A stretch of 64,000 bases of DNA, taken from NCBI RefSeq assembly GCF_009914755.1, contig NC_060947.1; one strand, written 5' to 3'. The DNA comes from the human T2T-CHM13v2.0 reference genome, Homo sapiens. The stretch's first letter is position 1. The number at the start of each line of letters is the position of its first letter. The translations under genes and the position numbers were made by a program. Under the pieces are notes generated by a model that searched no databases, had not been told where the DNA came from, and saw only the letters and a program-made list of their open reading frames with translations. This document shows, piece by piece, positions 1 to 14,624 of the stretch.

Positions 1-473
1 TGCACTTGCATGGTCATCACAGCAATACTCACAATAGCAAAGACATGGAATCAACTTAGGTACCCATCAACGGTAGACTGGATAAAGAAAATGTGGTACA
101 TGGGCTCCATGGAATACTATGCAGCCATAAAAAAGAATTGAATTGTGTCCTCTGCAGCAAAATAAATGCAGCTGGAGGCCATTATGCTAAGAGAATTAAT
201 GCAGGAACAGAAAAGCAAATACCACATGTCACTTGTAAGTGAGAGCTAAACATGAGTATTCATGGACGTAAATGTGGGAACAATAAACACTGGGGACTAC
301 TCGAGGGGGGAAGAGGGAGGAGGGCAAGGACTGAGAAACTACCTTTTGGGTACTATGCTCAATATGTGAGTGGTGGGATCATTTGGACCCCAAACCTCAA
401 CACCACACATAAAATCATGTCACACACTTGCACATGGAACACTTGAACCTAAAATAAAAATTGAAATAAAAAA
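1..473 (+). mobile_element. L1 (L1PB-like) 3' end: ORF2 C-terminus, 3'UTR and A-rich tail
   Basis: Motifs gataaagaaaatgtggtaca, ggaatactatgcagccataaaaaagaa; ends in aaaataaaaattgaaataaaaaaa. Confidence 0.85.
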
Positions 474-1243
474 ATCATTTTTGCCTTAATTGTTTGAGTC
501 TCTGTGTTTTCAAACTTTGAATTGCATGAGTTATGGAAACATGACTCATAAATGGATAGATTGGTACTGAGGTCATTTTGGCTTCCAAAATGCAGGAACA
601 TACAGAGATTTTTGAATGAGACCAGAGTGCATCTGGAAGCAACAGAGTATCTGTTGTTTATTTTTGTCCTTAAGTGTGTGTAAGAGTGAGCGGGTTGGTG
701 GGTCTGTGGCTGGTGATAAGGGAAGATGATGGTGCAGATTCTAGGTCTTAGTTGAAAATAATATCCACAAATTTCATATAAGAGAAAGAAGCCACCTCAT
801 ATGTTGCTCTCCTACTAGCTCTTTCTTTTCCTTCTGCCTTGTGAAACCAACATTCTTCACAAGAGGATATAAGATCCATATGTTTTAGGGATTTCCTTCC
901 CAGTCCATGAAAAGTCATCAAAGCTAATAAATGAATTAGGAATTCACTGCATTGCTAGGCCTTTCCCTGCATGGCGGTCAGCATCTGGGAATCAGGCTAT
1001 AATTTTCACTTGTGATACAGATGTCCTGGTGGTTATGTCAACAAATCACAAATCTATCATCTCTCTTTTATATCCGCTCATGCTTATTTACTGTGATTTT
1101 AGCTTTAGGCTGGTTGCAGTCTGCAAGACGTTTACCAAAAGCAGCTTGTACTGTGAGCTGACCATTCACCCACTGCTAGCTCAGGCTGGGGCCATTCTGT
1201 GATGCCAAGTGTTAAATTTCTGTCCTAGTCAGAACAGAGCCCC

Positions 1244-1626
1244 TGTATTAGTCCGTTCTCATGCTACTAATAAAGACATATCTGAGACTGAGTAATTTAT
1301 AAAGGAAAGAGGTTTAATTGACTCACAGTAACAGTGAGTTTGGCTCACTCATGGCTGGGGGTGGCATCACAATCGCAGCAGAAGGTGAATAAGGAGCAAA
1401 GTCACGTCTTACATGGCAGCAGGCAAGACAGAATTTGTGTAGGGAAACTCCCCTTTATAAAACCATCAGATCTCGTGAGACTTACTCACTATCATGAGAA
1501 TAGCATGGGAGAAACCAGCCCCCATGATTCAATTACCTCCCACTGGGTCCCTCCCACCACACATGGGAATTATGGGAGCTACAGTTCAAGGTGATATTTG
1601 GGTGGGGACAGAGCCAAACCATATCA
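1244..1626 (-). mobile_element. THE1 (THE1C/D-like) MaLR solo LTR
   Basis: tgtattagtcc...ccaaaccatatca termini; perfect 5-bp TSD GCCCC (1239-1243 / 1627-1631). Confidence 0.92.
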
Positions 1627-2087
1627 GCCCCATTTCTGCAGCATTGAAAATCCCATACTTTCTGTTGTCCTGAGTCTCCCATCACCTCCACCAACAACTT
1701 GGGTCTCCTCAAAATGTTCCATCAGCACCATCTATCCCAGGGTGTTACATGCTTCACTATCTTCTCATCAAGGATATTCCCATGCCCCAGTCACTTCAGG
1801 CTTATGGTCATTTTAATTAAATGCTTCCATTCCAGGAATGACAGTCCTTACTCCAATGCTCTCCAAATATTTTATTCTCCTAAAATATCTTTAGTCGGTT
1901 GGCTCTCACATACTGTCATGCAATAGTTGGGCATGACGAGCTTTTTCTTGAATCCAGTGGTTTGGCGTAATCATTATCTAAGCCCAGGTTTTTTCTGAAA
2001 AGGGAGAAAGAGAGTTGATGCTATGAGATTGAAGCAAACATCATTTACCCTACAAGATTTCTCTTAAGAGTCTAACGACACTTTCTT

Positions 2088-2263
2088 TCTTTCTTTATTA
2101 TTATTATTATACTTTAAGTTCTAGGGTACATGTGCACATCGTGCAGGTTTGTTACCTATGTATATAAGTGCCATGTTGGTGTGCTGCCCCATTAACTCAT
2201 CATTTACATTAGGTATTTCTCCTAACGCTATCCCTCCCCCCTTCCCCCACGCCACGACAGGCC
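2088..2263 (-). mobile_element. Short 5'-truncated L1PA 3' end
   Basis: tatactttaagttctagggtacatgtgcac 3'UTR signature; TSD CACTTTCTT (2079-2087 / 2264-2272). Confidence 0.9.
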
Positions 2264-4055
2264 CACTTTCTTAAAGAGCAGTCAATAAACAGTAGAGGTG
2301 GGAATAATCATTAAAGATTCCCACCATCTTAATCTAAGGGTTCTCTAAAATGGGAATCTCTCAACATCAGAAACACCTCTGTAACAGCCAATCTCAGTGC
2401 ACTGGAACTTAAACTTTTCCTTCCAAATATTCAGAATGGCTCCATTGCTTTTAAAGCCAGTATCCTGTGAAGGAGATGTAGGTATCCTACCTTCTCTAGG
2501 CAGGTTTCCATTTGAAATATTATCTTCTTGTTGGCCCCAGAAAGGGATTCATACATTTCAGATTCATTGACTCTTTTTTTGTTTTGTTTTGTTTTGTTTT
2601 TAACCATCATCTTTAAATCTGATGAACAATGTTTTTGTCAAGTTCAACTAATTTCTTCCAATGTGGCTCCATAAGACCATTTGGTACCATGGATTATAGA
2701 CCCTTTAATCTGTTTAACAAGTCTATACAGCTGTTGGAATTGTCTGAGAAATTTGCCATATTGATAGAAATGAAACCTATATGTAGACAGTATCACGTGG
2801 GAAGAAACACTGTATCTTAATAAATGCATGATGATGTTTTGTGAATATTTGCTACTTATGTATGTCAAAAGATTGTTCTGCACACATTTCGAAGAAGCTA
2901 TGCGGTAAAAGATTACTGCATTTAAGTTGGGTTATCATCAAGATTAAACCCAAAGCAATTAAAAAGCCTTCATATATACCATGTCTGCCCTCATTCACAC
3001 ATCATCAGAATGTTTCATAAGTAGCTAACCACTTCCATGCATTTTCAGGTGGGGAAAAGTTTATAATAAACTTGTAAATTTCTTGTGTACATTAAAGCTG
3101 CATCCCTTCTCATGACCACAAAATTGAAGTATTATGTTTATAACAGATGCCACCTTAAGTAATTAATTTAGAGAAGTAAGCATATTGACATAATTGGAAT
3201 GTTGAGCTGAACTATTATTTGCATGACCTGCTGTATTCACTAAAAACTAAAGATTCTGAACACGCTAATTTTCACATGCACAGAGTCATAAGTCAGCCAT
3301 CAGACTTAAGATGCAAACTGTCAATTTGAGTGACAGGCATTTAAACTTTGAGATGAGGGAAATAAAGGCGATCCTATTGACATATATTCAGATATCTTTC
3401 ATTGTACTGAAATCAAGGTACCAGTTTTTGGGACTTCTGTAAAACATCATTCTCTTGGACATTTATTTTACTTTGATAATTCAGATCTTTAAAAATATTC
3501 CTTATAAGGAGGCCCAAGAGTTACTTACTGCATACATTTTCTGATTTCAATGTAGCTTTCTTTAATAAAAATTGCAAATGTCAGAATTCACAGAGGAAAA
3601 CAAAGAGCATTGTTTGGAGTGAAAACTAGCAAATAAATGGTCTCCAAACATCAAAGTTGAATTAAAAAATATATTTTTAATCACTGGTCATGCAATTGGC
3701 TTCAAAGATAAGAGCCCAGGAAACAGCTGATATGGTAAAGAGCCAAGTAAAATACAATGAAAGAAAAGTTAACTGGTGGCTGATTCACACTCAATAGCTC
3801 AGTCAAAATCTGGTCCTTAAACTTTGCATGGAGATAGTGGATTTCAAATTTTAGTTTCACAAAATTCCCCTGGTAAGACTCTTTAACATACACACCATCA
3901 TTTTTAACAATCACCACTGGGAATATTGGCAATCCACATGTATTATGGACAATATTTTTGAAGACTATTTACATGAAAGAGAGAGGGAGACAAAAAGAAA
4001 GAGAAAGAGAGAGGGAGAGGGAGAGAAAGAGGGATTAATAGACAACCATATTTTA

Positions 4056-4391
<336 letters not shown>

Positions 4392-4824
4392 CTACAATTA
4401 GACTTGAGACAAGTGCTTTTAAAAATGTATTTAACTGAAACTACGATGGAGAGAAATGATGAACAGATGTTAATGGTGAGTTTTCTAATACACAAAAGGC
4501 ATGATGAATTACATATAATATAGCATGTAAAAGGCATATTATGTATGCAAGAATGTTTACCAAATAGAATGTGAAATAGAAAAGAGATGAGAATTTTTTA
4601 AAAGTAGTTTACTAAAATTGTGAGACCATAAATATTTCAATAAGTTAACACAGTTCACAATAAATATTTTGTTAGCATTTCTTTAAAATATTGTCTTCAT
4701 TTTGTTGGAGTATATTATGATAATTGATCATATTCGGAGGAAGAAGACATTCTTCCTACAATCAACTCATGATTTAACAGACAGGCACTTCTCAGGGAAA
4801 CAGCCACATGCTTCATCTAAATAA

Positions 4825-5108
4825 TTTTTTTTTTTAGACAGGGTCTCACTCTGTCATCCAGGTTGTAGTGCAGTGGTGTGATCAAGCTCACCACAGCCTT
4901 GATCTCCCGGGCTCAAGTGTTTCTTCTACCTCATCCTCCTAAGTAGCTGGGACTACATGCTACAAGCCACCATGCCCAGCTAATTTTTTTTATTTTTGGT
5001 AGAGATACGGTCTTGCTATGTTGCCCAGGCTCATCTCAAACTCCTGGGCTCAAGGGATCCTCCAGCCTCATCCTCTCAAAATACTGGGATTACACAGGTG
5101 AGCCACTT
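4825..5108 (-). mobile_element. Alu (AluJ-like)
   Basis: Poly-T then agacagggtctcactctgtc...gggattaca. Confidence 0.92.
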
Positions 5109-6047
5109 CATTACTTTATTTCCTAACATTGCGCCTCCTTCCTTATTTTCAAGATAGATCTTGCGTAACAGAAAGATAGTTAAAATTTTCCTAAAAGGTA
5201 CCACTTGATGAATAAGAGATGAGTAGGTATCTAGGAAACTGAAAGAATGAGGGTGAGTAGAGAAAATACATTTCATTTTACCTCATTCTGAAGTGATGTT
5301 GACACTTCTTCAGGGACCTACCCCTGAGTCTCTACCAATAGCCTCCTATCCTAAGGCACTTTGTTGATTTTTAGATGACTAGCACTTATTCAAAATGCAT
5401 GAGAAATGGCCATTGAGAACTGAAAGATATGGTCACTTTTTTTCTATGAAATCTGATACTTTCTCTTGAACATCAAGTCCATAAAACACACAAATTAAGT
5501 TAGTTCAGGAATACAAAGTTAGACCCTGGAAACCAATATCCTGCCGTTTTGCTGCCCCAGCACCCTGGCTTATAACAGTTTAATAAATGCCTTCAAGGGC
5601 TCACTTAATAACACTTTATTGAGTTTTAGAAAAAAAGCCATCATTTTTTCCACTTTGCATTAAACTGAAGAATACAGAAATAATAAAACATACAGTATTA
5701 TGATGCCACCACATTTAACTTATCTTGCATGGAAAGGTCATCTTCTAAGCACATTTGCTTGATTGAAATGAAGTCTCTAGATATATATATGGTTGATATT
5801 TCAAAAGTGACTATTAAAAAAATACAATGAGTATCAGTTCTCAGATAAAGAAATTCTTGATCTTGATTCAACTGTGCTCTCCTATATTTTATAAATTGTA
5901 GTAATTCCTTAAACATCACTAGAAAACCGTCGGAAAATGCTTTTGAAAATATTTTTACTTTCAGAATTATGTCACCATATTGAAAAACATCAATATACTA
6001 TTCCTTTCAGAAACAGAATTTGCTCTTTCTTCTCCCATCTTGAAGAA

Positions 6048-6250
6048 CAGAGTTTTCCGATAGAACTTTCTGCAATGATGAAAATATTGTATATCTGAGC
6101 TTTGTAATAGAGTAACCACAAGCCACACTTGGCTGTTGACAACTGATATGCAGCTGTTGAAAGTAAGGGACTGGATTTTTAATTTACCTTAAATTTATTA
6201 AATTTAATTAACCACACGTGGCTAGTGGCTACCATATTGGACACTGTAGA
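6048..6250. mobile_element. MER3-like hAT-Charlie DNA transposon relic
   Basis: tagaactttctgcaatgatgaaaat...gtggctagtggctaccatattggac, matching my recall of MER3. Confidence 0.8.
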
Positions 6251-6284
6251 TCTGCAGATCGAATCCTTGCAGCTACATCAGCTC

Positions 6285-6408
6285 AACCTCAGAGTTCATT
6301 AGAAATGCAGATTCCGTGCACCTCACCCCTGAACAATCCAGGCAGGACTTGTATTTTAACAAAATCCCTAGATGATTCATATGCATGTTAAATTTTGAGA
6401 AGCACTCA
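6285..6408. mobile_element. MER5-like hAT fragment
   Basis: ttagaaatgcagattc...tgtattttaacaa...gatgattcatatgcatgttaaattttgagaagcact. Confidence 0.7.
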
Positions 6409-7367
6409 CCTAGAAATTGTAGGAAAAACAAATTGTCAGTGTCAGCATTTACGTCAGAGAAGAGCTAGTCAAAAGGCAAGTTCCATGCGTACAATTCATA
6501 CAACAACATGCAAATAAAATACTGTCAACATTCTTCAAAAACATGTCTATGGATTTCAATGATTATTGCAAGAATTATATGTATGTATTGGGTTTTTGCC
6601 AGAGTATACATGTATATATTGAACATTTTCTTTTGATCTCTTCGGTCATAACTTTGAAAGTCACTTGTAGTCCTCTCAGGCACAAAACTTTTGGACAAAA
6701 TGCGCTCTTTTATTATAAAATATTTGAAGAAATAATTTAAAGCTGCAATGAGACAATATAATTTTTCTTTGATGTGAGATACTAAATGACAACGTCATGA
6801 GGGATTAAAGCATGCGTTACTACAGTTGTTCTAATTATTATGGTTATTGTGCTTTTTTTAACCTATTAATCTATGTTGAGTCTCAAATGATATGTTTAAA
6901 GCAAACTTAAGTTTTAATTGATGAAGTTACTGGCTCCAGCAGACACACTTATGAGTACTATTACAGTGAGCATGGACAAAAATATTTACCCTTTAATCTC
7001 TGTGCTGGATGGGAAGGACTTAATGAGTTCAATAACCACTGAGCTCACATAACCTCCTTTAAACAAAAATGAAAATGCATAGAAAAAGCTAGTTTCCAGT
7101 CTCAATGTGCAAAATAACTACTGTATGTTCTTCAGTACATACACTTCAATATATACACACTGTTTGAATGCAGGTAGAAAAAGCATTTCTTAAGCTCTCT
7201 GAGTGAGAGGAAAATAATGGTCATAATTTGCATAACATCATGATAAAATATAGAAATTTGTTTTGCAAATCCGAGGAGCTAGGACAGGAAAGTGAGACAT
7301 CACATTGCTAACAAGGACAGGAAAATGGGTTTTGAGTATTGCTTTACTAGTATAATGTATTTTCTGA

Positions 7368-7664
7368 GGTTTGGTCCTGTGGCTTATGCCCGTAATCCCA
7401 GCACTTTGGGAGGCTGAGGCAAGTGGATCACTTCAGGTCAGGAGTTTGAGACCAGCCTGGCCAACATGGTGAAACTCTGTCTCTACTAAAAAAACAAAAA
7501 TTATCCAGGTATGGTGGTGTGCACCTGTAATCCCAGCTACTCAGGAGGCTGAGGCAAGGAGAATCGCTTGAACCCAGGAGGCGGAGGTTGCAGTGAGCCA
7601 AGATCATGCCACTGCACTCTAGCCTGGGCCACAGAGCAAGACTCTGTCTCAAAAAAAAAAAAAA

Positions 7665-7712
<48 letters not shown>

Positions 7713-7720
7713 AAAAAGAA
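7368..7720 (+). mobile_element. AluS-like element with A/(GAAA)n tail
   Basis: Alu body 7368-7650, poly-A, then (GAAA)n microsatellite. Confidence 0.95.
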
Positions 7721-8009
7721 CATATTATACCTATGGAATCCACTCAACTCCCTGCAGGAAGGAAAGGTGTAGATTCATGTCCTCTCTAGCACATGGGCTA
7801 TGCAGGGAGAAAACCAGAGGGTTCTTCATGTCCTTCTCCCTCTTCCCAATTGACTCTGTGTCTTGCCAGTTAGGGAGGAAGCAGGGAAAAGAAATCACAA
7901 GTGGAAAAAAGAAAAGTAGCCAGAGAGATAATGAATCAGAAAATGGAAATCGATGACAAAGATTCAACCATGGGACATAGAAATATGGGGAAAGACAAAC
8001 AAATAATGA

Positions 8010-9212
8010 CTGAATTAGATTCCTGCGACTGTGGATAGCTGGGAACAACAGACATGTATTCACTCACAGATCTGGAATCCAGAAGCTTGAATTCCAGGTG
8101 TTGGCAGGGACTCTTCCTGAGAATATGGGTAGAATCTGTTCCATGCCCTGTTCCTAGTTTTTGGGGTTTCCTGCAGTCTTTGGTGTTCCTTGGCTTACAG
8201 TTGCTTCTCTCCAATCTCCTCCTCTGTCTTCTTACGATGTTCTCTCTGTGTGTCTGTCTTTTCACATGACAGTCTCTTTTTTGTGTGTCTGTCTTTGTGT
8301 CTCTGTGTCTCCGTGTCTCCTTGTAACTGCCCAATGGGCTCACCTTGCCCGCTGCCTAGACAGAAGCGATTTCTCAAGACAGGGGAATTGCAATAAAGAG
8401 CAATTCATGCAGAGCCGGCTGTGTGGGAGACAGTAGTTTTATTATTACTCAAATCAGTCTCCCTGAGCATTCAGGGATCAGGATTTTTAAGAATAATTTG
8501 GTGGTTGGGGGAAGGCCAGTGTGTCAAGAGTGCTGACTGGTTGGGTCGGAGAAAAAATCATAGGGAATTGAAACTGTCCTTTTGCACTGAGTCAGTTCCT
8601 GGGGGGGGACGACAAGATCAGATGAGACAGTTTATCCATCTGGGTGGTGCCAGCTGATTCATCAAGTGCAGAGTCTGCAAAATAATACTAAGCGCTGATC
8701 TTAGGAGCAGTTTAGGGAGGGTCAGAATCCTGTAGCCTCCAGCTGCATGACTCCTACACCATAATTTCCAATCTTGTGGCTAATTTGTTAGTCCTACAAA
8801 GGCAGTCTAGTCCCCAGGCAAGAAGGAGCTCTGTTTTGGCAAAGGGCTGTTATCATCTTTGTTTTAAACTATAAACTATATAAACTAAATTCCTCCCCAA
8901 AGTTAGTTCAGCCTACGCCCAGGAGTCAACAAGGACAGTCTGGAGGTTAGAAGCAAGATGGAGTTGGTCAGGTCAGATGCCTGTCACCATCTCAGTTACA
9001 ACTTTGCAGTGTCGGTTTCATCTTCTCTTGTTATAAAGACGCCTGTCATGCTGGATTAAGGCTGCACTTCACTCCAGCATGACCTCCTCTTAACTTGCAT
9101 CTTAATTACCTCTTTAAAGAGAGACCCTATTTCCAAATAAAGTCAAAGCCACAGTTGTCAGGATGGAGGATGTCAACATAACTTTTGGGGTGACACAATT
9201 CAATTCACTACA
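8010..9212 (-). mobile_element. MLT1 (MLT1B/C-like) MaLR LTR split by an LTR8 insertion
   Basis: MLT1 halves at ~8010-8321 and 9021-9212 (ends gacacaattcaattcactaca). Confidence 0.75.
8322..9020 (-). mobile_element. LTR8-like ERV1 solo LTR
   Basis: tgtaactgcccaatggg...gtcggtttca termini; 4-bp TSD tcct/tctt. Confidence 0.85.
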
Positions 9213-11590
9213 TGGACAATAATTTTTAACAGCTGTAGCAATAGCAAGAAAGAGAGAAACATGAAGACACTAAGACTTGAGATTTTTGCACATAGCAAAA
9301 ATGTAGAAAGTTATACCCTCATTGGAAGGACGGCAGAAGAACTCAGAAATCTAATGCAAACAACATCAAAGAAGCAAAATGAACACCATCCTCTCTTTTG
9401 ATGGTAAAATGTCTTTGTGAAGTTATCTTTTAAATTTTTCTCCTAGAATATTTAAAATTACATTGGTTTCTCTTCATTATGCTTCTTTTTCTTTTTTGTT
9501 TCTCCCTTGTTATACAGAGTTAATTTGAAATCTAGAATTCTCCAAACAGAGCACAGGCACCTACTATGTCATTTGTGTTAGCCTCTTAAGCCCAAAACTG
9601 TAATTTTGTGCATTTGATATTGAATAGACAGAGACAAGTTTCTGCAGTGATCTAAATAGCTTATCAATTTAGCCCAAGAATAATATTTACACCTTTTGAG
9701 AAGTTAAAAGGGTTATGTTCAATACAGTAGAAATTTTAATTTTACCCTTCAGCACTTATGAGAATGGCATGTTTAGAATTCAGCCCTGTAGAAAATACAC
9801 AACCATTTAGCACTCAACTAAGATTAGGGTACACGTTTGTTCAATTAAAGAATGTGAAAAGCTGTAAAGGAAGAAAGAGGTTAGAGACCTGAATTTTTCT
9901 TTCAAGATTTCAGAAAATATGCAAAAGGCATATACCCATAAATCTTGATCAGAAACAAGGCCAGACAGCACAAACATAAAGCAAATCTGAAGAGAGCTCA
10001 TGACGTTGAGAAGGTTTCTCTCTGCTTCTGAAAAATTCAAATTCAAGAAGCTAAATGTTTTTCTTCATGCATTGGAGGAATGTTTTTGTTTGCTTGTTCG
10101 TTTTTAGTAGCACAATTTTCATAATGAAAATTTGACCATTGCAACAACAGAGTCATCAAGCATCCCCTCACCGTCCTACCCCGTGATACAATGCCTGCTC
10201 TCAGGACAGTCTACTATTCTTCCGTATTTAACGTTTTTAAGCGTTCTGATTCAGTAACCCCTCCAGCACCAACACAACCGATAGTCACTGAAAGGTGAGC
10301 CAGTTGTGATAAAATAAAAACACATGCCCTATTCTTAAACCCTTATCTGTATCTCCATGATGACTTCTGAATTTGTGGACTTTTTCAGTAAAATACATTC
10401 TGTGTACAGTTCTCGGATAAACACAAGATGCAGCAGAGAGAGAAGGAAAATGCTGTACAAATGATAAAGTAAGTCTTCTGTAGAAATTGAAGTTGGATTT
10501 GATATGAAATAAAGGAAGCAACATTTAGGACACTGATCCCAAGTGAATCCAATGATGAAACCATGAATATTTCTACTTTTAATGTCTACTGGTGTTTGTA
10601 ATAATCACTTTCTAAAAATCAGAGCTATGTCATTTTCTGCTGTGAATATCTTGGGGCAGGAAATGAGAGGTTGGAAGTAAACACTGAAGTTGAGTCAGTG
10701 ATAGAAAAGTTATCAATGCCAGAGGAGAAAAATCAAGGTAGTTTTACTGAAATCAGTATCTTAATAGGGAAAAGTGGTCTAGAATCTGAAAGTAGATTTA
10801 CCAAATTTGCTTTATCCTAACCAATTCAGAAGGGTCTTTGAAAGAATTCAGAGGTTTTTAAAAACAAGCTAAATGGGAACAAAATACCAAACTGAAATTT
10901 TCATTTTAATATTTCCTCTCTGTCCTATTCTAAATTTTAAAGGAAAAATATATTTCATAATAGATTGCCTATTTTAACAAAACACATCAATACAGTGGGA
11001 GATATTTGACTGTGTGTAAATATCATTGTATAAGCATCCTCCACACCAAAAGCATCCACTCTAACATTCAAATACAAAAGCATCAAACAAAGAAGAGAAG
11101 CCAGACAGAAATTACGTTCACCTCTTTTGAAAATCAGTATGTTTTCCTCTTGGCTTCGGTTTTCATAAGATATTAAGTCTTTGCATTTGTGGGCTATAAA
11201 ACACAAAAGGTAACCTCAAAGAACAAGTACATGCAAATTCCAAAGGTGATGGATGTGTCATGCCTACAAAAGAAATAAAAAAGGATTTTTTGTTCCGGCC
11301 AAGGAAATAAAAAAATAAATGAAATGAAAAGGTCACTTCTCTATAAATGACTGGTGAGTAGTTTTATAGCTTGGAAAGTTTAATTTTACACTATCAGAAT
11401 GTTATGTTATAAGCTGCTATTCTATATATTATGAGCCTTAAAGATAAGGAGAAACTACCAGATATTCACACAAATAGTGGATAGAAGGCAATAATTATTT
11501 TAATTTAATAGAGAAATAAATATTTTTCTCTAAGTTGGTCTCTGGATTAGAAAGAGACACATCTTCACATCTCTTCCACAGAAATACCAG

Positions 11591-12145
11591 TGTAATAGGC
11601 CATTCTTGCACTGCTATAAAGAAATATTTGACACTGGTCAATTTATAAGAAAAGAGGTTTAATTGTCTCAGGGCTCTACAGGTTGCACAGGAAGCACAGC
11701 AGCCTCTGCTTCTGGGGAGGCCTCAGGAAGCTTCTAATCATGGCAGAAGGCAGAAGGGGAGCAGACACATCACATCACAAGAACAGAGCAAGAAAGAGAT
11801 CAAGGGTGAGGTGCCATAAACTTCTAAATGACCAGATATCATGAGAACACAAGAACTATTGCAAAGATAGCACCAAGCCATGAAAGCTCCACCTCCATGA
11901 CCCAAAAACCTCCCACCAGGCCCCACTTCCAACATTGGGGATTACGATTCAACATGAGATTTGGCAGGGACAAATATCCAAACTATATCATTCTACCCCT
12001 GATCCCTCACAAATCTCATGTCCTTCTCACATTGCAAAATACAATGAGGCCTTCCCAACAGTCCCCCAAACTCTTGATTCATTCCAGCATTAACTCAAAT
12101 GCCCAAGGTGTAAAGTCTCATCTGACACAAGGCATGTCCCTTCCA
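11591..12145 (-). mobile_element. MST (MSTB-like) 3' LTR (11591-11990) plus ~155 bp of MST internal sequence
   Basis: LTR ends aactatatca, followed by PPT-containing internal sequence ttctacccct...caaatctcatgtccttctcacattgcaaaataca. Confidence 0.85.
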
Positions 12146-12249
12146 TTGCCTTGCTTTGCTTTATTGGACCATAACTTAGTAAATGTCCCAAGTTCCAGAC
12201 ATGCTCCTCCCTGCCCCCATTATAATGCATCATCTCTAACACTTAAGGA

Positions 12250-12730
12250 TAAGCTTCTGTCAATATAATATCTCATTTATTTGCTTCTGGCCCACTGCCA
12301 TGAACAGCCTAAGGTGATCATGTGGTAAGTGCACATTCAGGTTGAGAGCAAACCTTGGATGTATCCTGATGCCTGGGAACCAGGACTGCCATGTTGCAGA
12401 CTGGCCAGATGCACATAAGGGAGCCCCAAATTCTGCAAAAGCATAGCTGGGAATGGTGACAAAAAGGGACACACCTATTATCACACAATTGTTCCTGGAT
12501 ATGTGTGTACTACTAGATATTGGGGACAGAGCATCATATATAGGTAGTTGGTTAGCTGCATAAAATGCATCTTGAAAGTCGGTGTCCCATCCCTGCAGGA
12601 TTTTATCCCAGAGCAAACATCTTAACTGATACCATAATGGATACATTTTATTTTCATGATGATGCCAGCTGCTTCTGAGAGATGTGGGACATTGTAAGAA
12701 AATTGAATCTTGCCCACCATGTATGGGCAG
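12250..12730 (-). pseudogene. Decayed ERVL-class pol relic (integrase C-terminus into dUTPase-like region)
   Basis: ORF 12260-12646 reads ILQGWDTDFQDAFYAANQLPIYDALSPI...SRNNCV...LNLNVHLPHDHLRLF, resembling HERV-L TLQGWGKVLQKAVYALNQRPIYGTVSPI...SRNQGV...LNWKLRLPPGHFGLL; upstream YNVPHLSEAAGII resembles YHVPHHPEAAGLI. Confidence 0.75.
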
Positions 12731-13109
12731 TTATCCTAAGGGATGGTGACTGTCTTCAACTTCCCAAGTATTTTCAAAGACCACATGAGCTCACATGGCA
12801 TGGAAGAACTTGGGCCAGAATGCAGAAAGATGCATGGTGCTTGCCTAGAGTAGAATGTTTTACTCTACTGGATCTACATGGATTAAAGATGAGTCAGAGA
12901 CCACTTGGAGTTGTCCACTTTGGTTGCTGCCAAAATCAGAGGTGGACTGAGGAAATAAGGAGTGGGAAGAGATCCCTGCTGCTGAGAAGACATTGAATAT
13001 CGAAGAATTAATAACCATCTATATAACTACAGTCTTAAATACAACCCAAGAAGCAAATGGAAATGATCTTAAAATGAATACACTATGGAAAGATATATAA
13101 GGCAAATGT

Positions 13110-13660
13110 TTTTGTTGTAAGCATGAATTTAATTCTAATGCTTTGACATTTTGGGGCTTTGTTGACCTTGAGGGAGCTGTAACTCCTAGAATTAGCCACT
13201 TCCTAGAGATACTAAAGAATCAGTAGAAGCGTGCCTTTCATATGCAAATCAACCAGTCCAGAGGCCACACCCTAACCACCTCCTTTACTGGTCTCTCACA
13301 CTCCACATTTCTATTTCATTGTCCTCATCATCCCAGGACCAGGTATGAGACAACTAGGGGAAGCCCCTACACGCGGGATTCTGCTGAAATTATTAAAACC
13401 AGCCAATCCTAAACCTACTTACCTTGCCTCACCCATTTATTCATGTGAAAAACACAAAAAACTCTTGCCATGCCATGCCTTTTTCATCACACCCACACTG
13501 CCTCCTGATCAATGCTGGTGCTCTCCCATGTGGCCCTCCACGGTGTGGCATGCTCTCAACTCTTAGGAACTGTGAGCAACAAACTGTTTATAGCAGTTAT
13601 CTCCTGATCTCTTGGCCTTGCCATATCTCAGTAATAATCAAACCTACATTTTAAAACAGT
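13110..13660 (+). mobile_element. MER74/MER54/MER73-group ERVL LTR
   Basis: ttcctagagata...atgcaaatcaaccagtccagag...gacaactagggga...ctgaaattatt...gccaatcctaaacc motifs. Confidence 0.7.
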
Positions 13661-13753
13661 CTTTGACCACACAAAGCCTCAGTATTGATAGCATATTGAA
13701 GAACTCCCACAAAATCAACTCAGTCATGGAACATATTAAAAATACAAAGCAAA

Positions 13754-14048
13754 GGCCAGGTGTGGTGGCTTATGCTGGAACTCCAGCATTTCAGGAGGCT
13801 GAGGCAGGAGGATCATTTGAGGCCAGGAGATCGAGACCAGCCTGGGCAGCATAGTGAGACTCCATCTGTACAAAAAATAAAAATAAAAATTATCCAGGCA
13901 TGGTGGCACATGCCTGTAGTCCCAGCAATTCAGGATGCTGAGGCGGGAGGATCGCTTGGGGCCCTGCAGTCACGGCTGCAATGAGCCATGATTGTGCCAC
14001 TGCACTCCAGCCTGGGTGACAGAGTAAGACCCTGCCTCAAAAAAAAAA
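13754..14048 (+). mobile_element. Alu (AluJ-like)
   Basis: Full dimer; TSD core tacaaagcaa on both sides. Confidence 0.95.
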
Positions 14049-14299
14049 TTACAAAGCAATATTATTGCCAACATCTAAAATCTTATCTTAGGTTTGAATG
14101 ATGTCAATCAATATTAGACGTTGTAACAACTTAAAAGATCTGATGGCAAGAGAAACATGAACATGTGAATGCTGTTTTATGTATTCCAGGAATTAATTTA
14201 TAGATTCGAGTCTCATCTGTGCATGATCCGCCAGTAATGATGCAGAGGATAATGAGGTTGAAAAGGTTAATTAAAGTAGGTGTTAAAAAGTAAAATGTG

Positions 14300-14624
<325 letters not shown>

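Noticed and set aside
7226-7240. Oct-Sox-like motif ATTTGCATAACATCA
   Set aside because: The Sox half is imperfect, and a single motif is expected by chance in 64 kb of AT-rich DNA.
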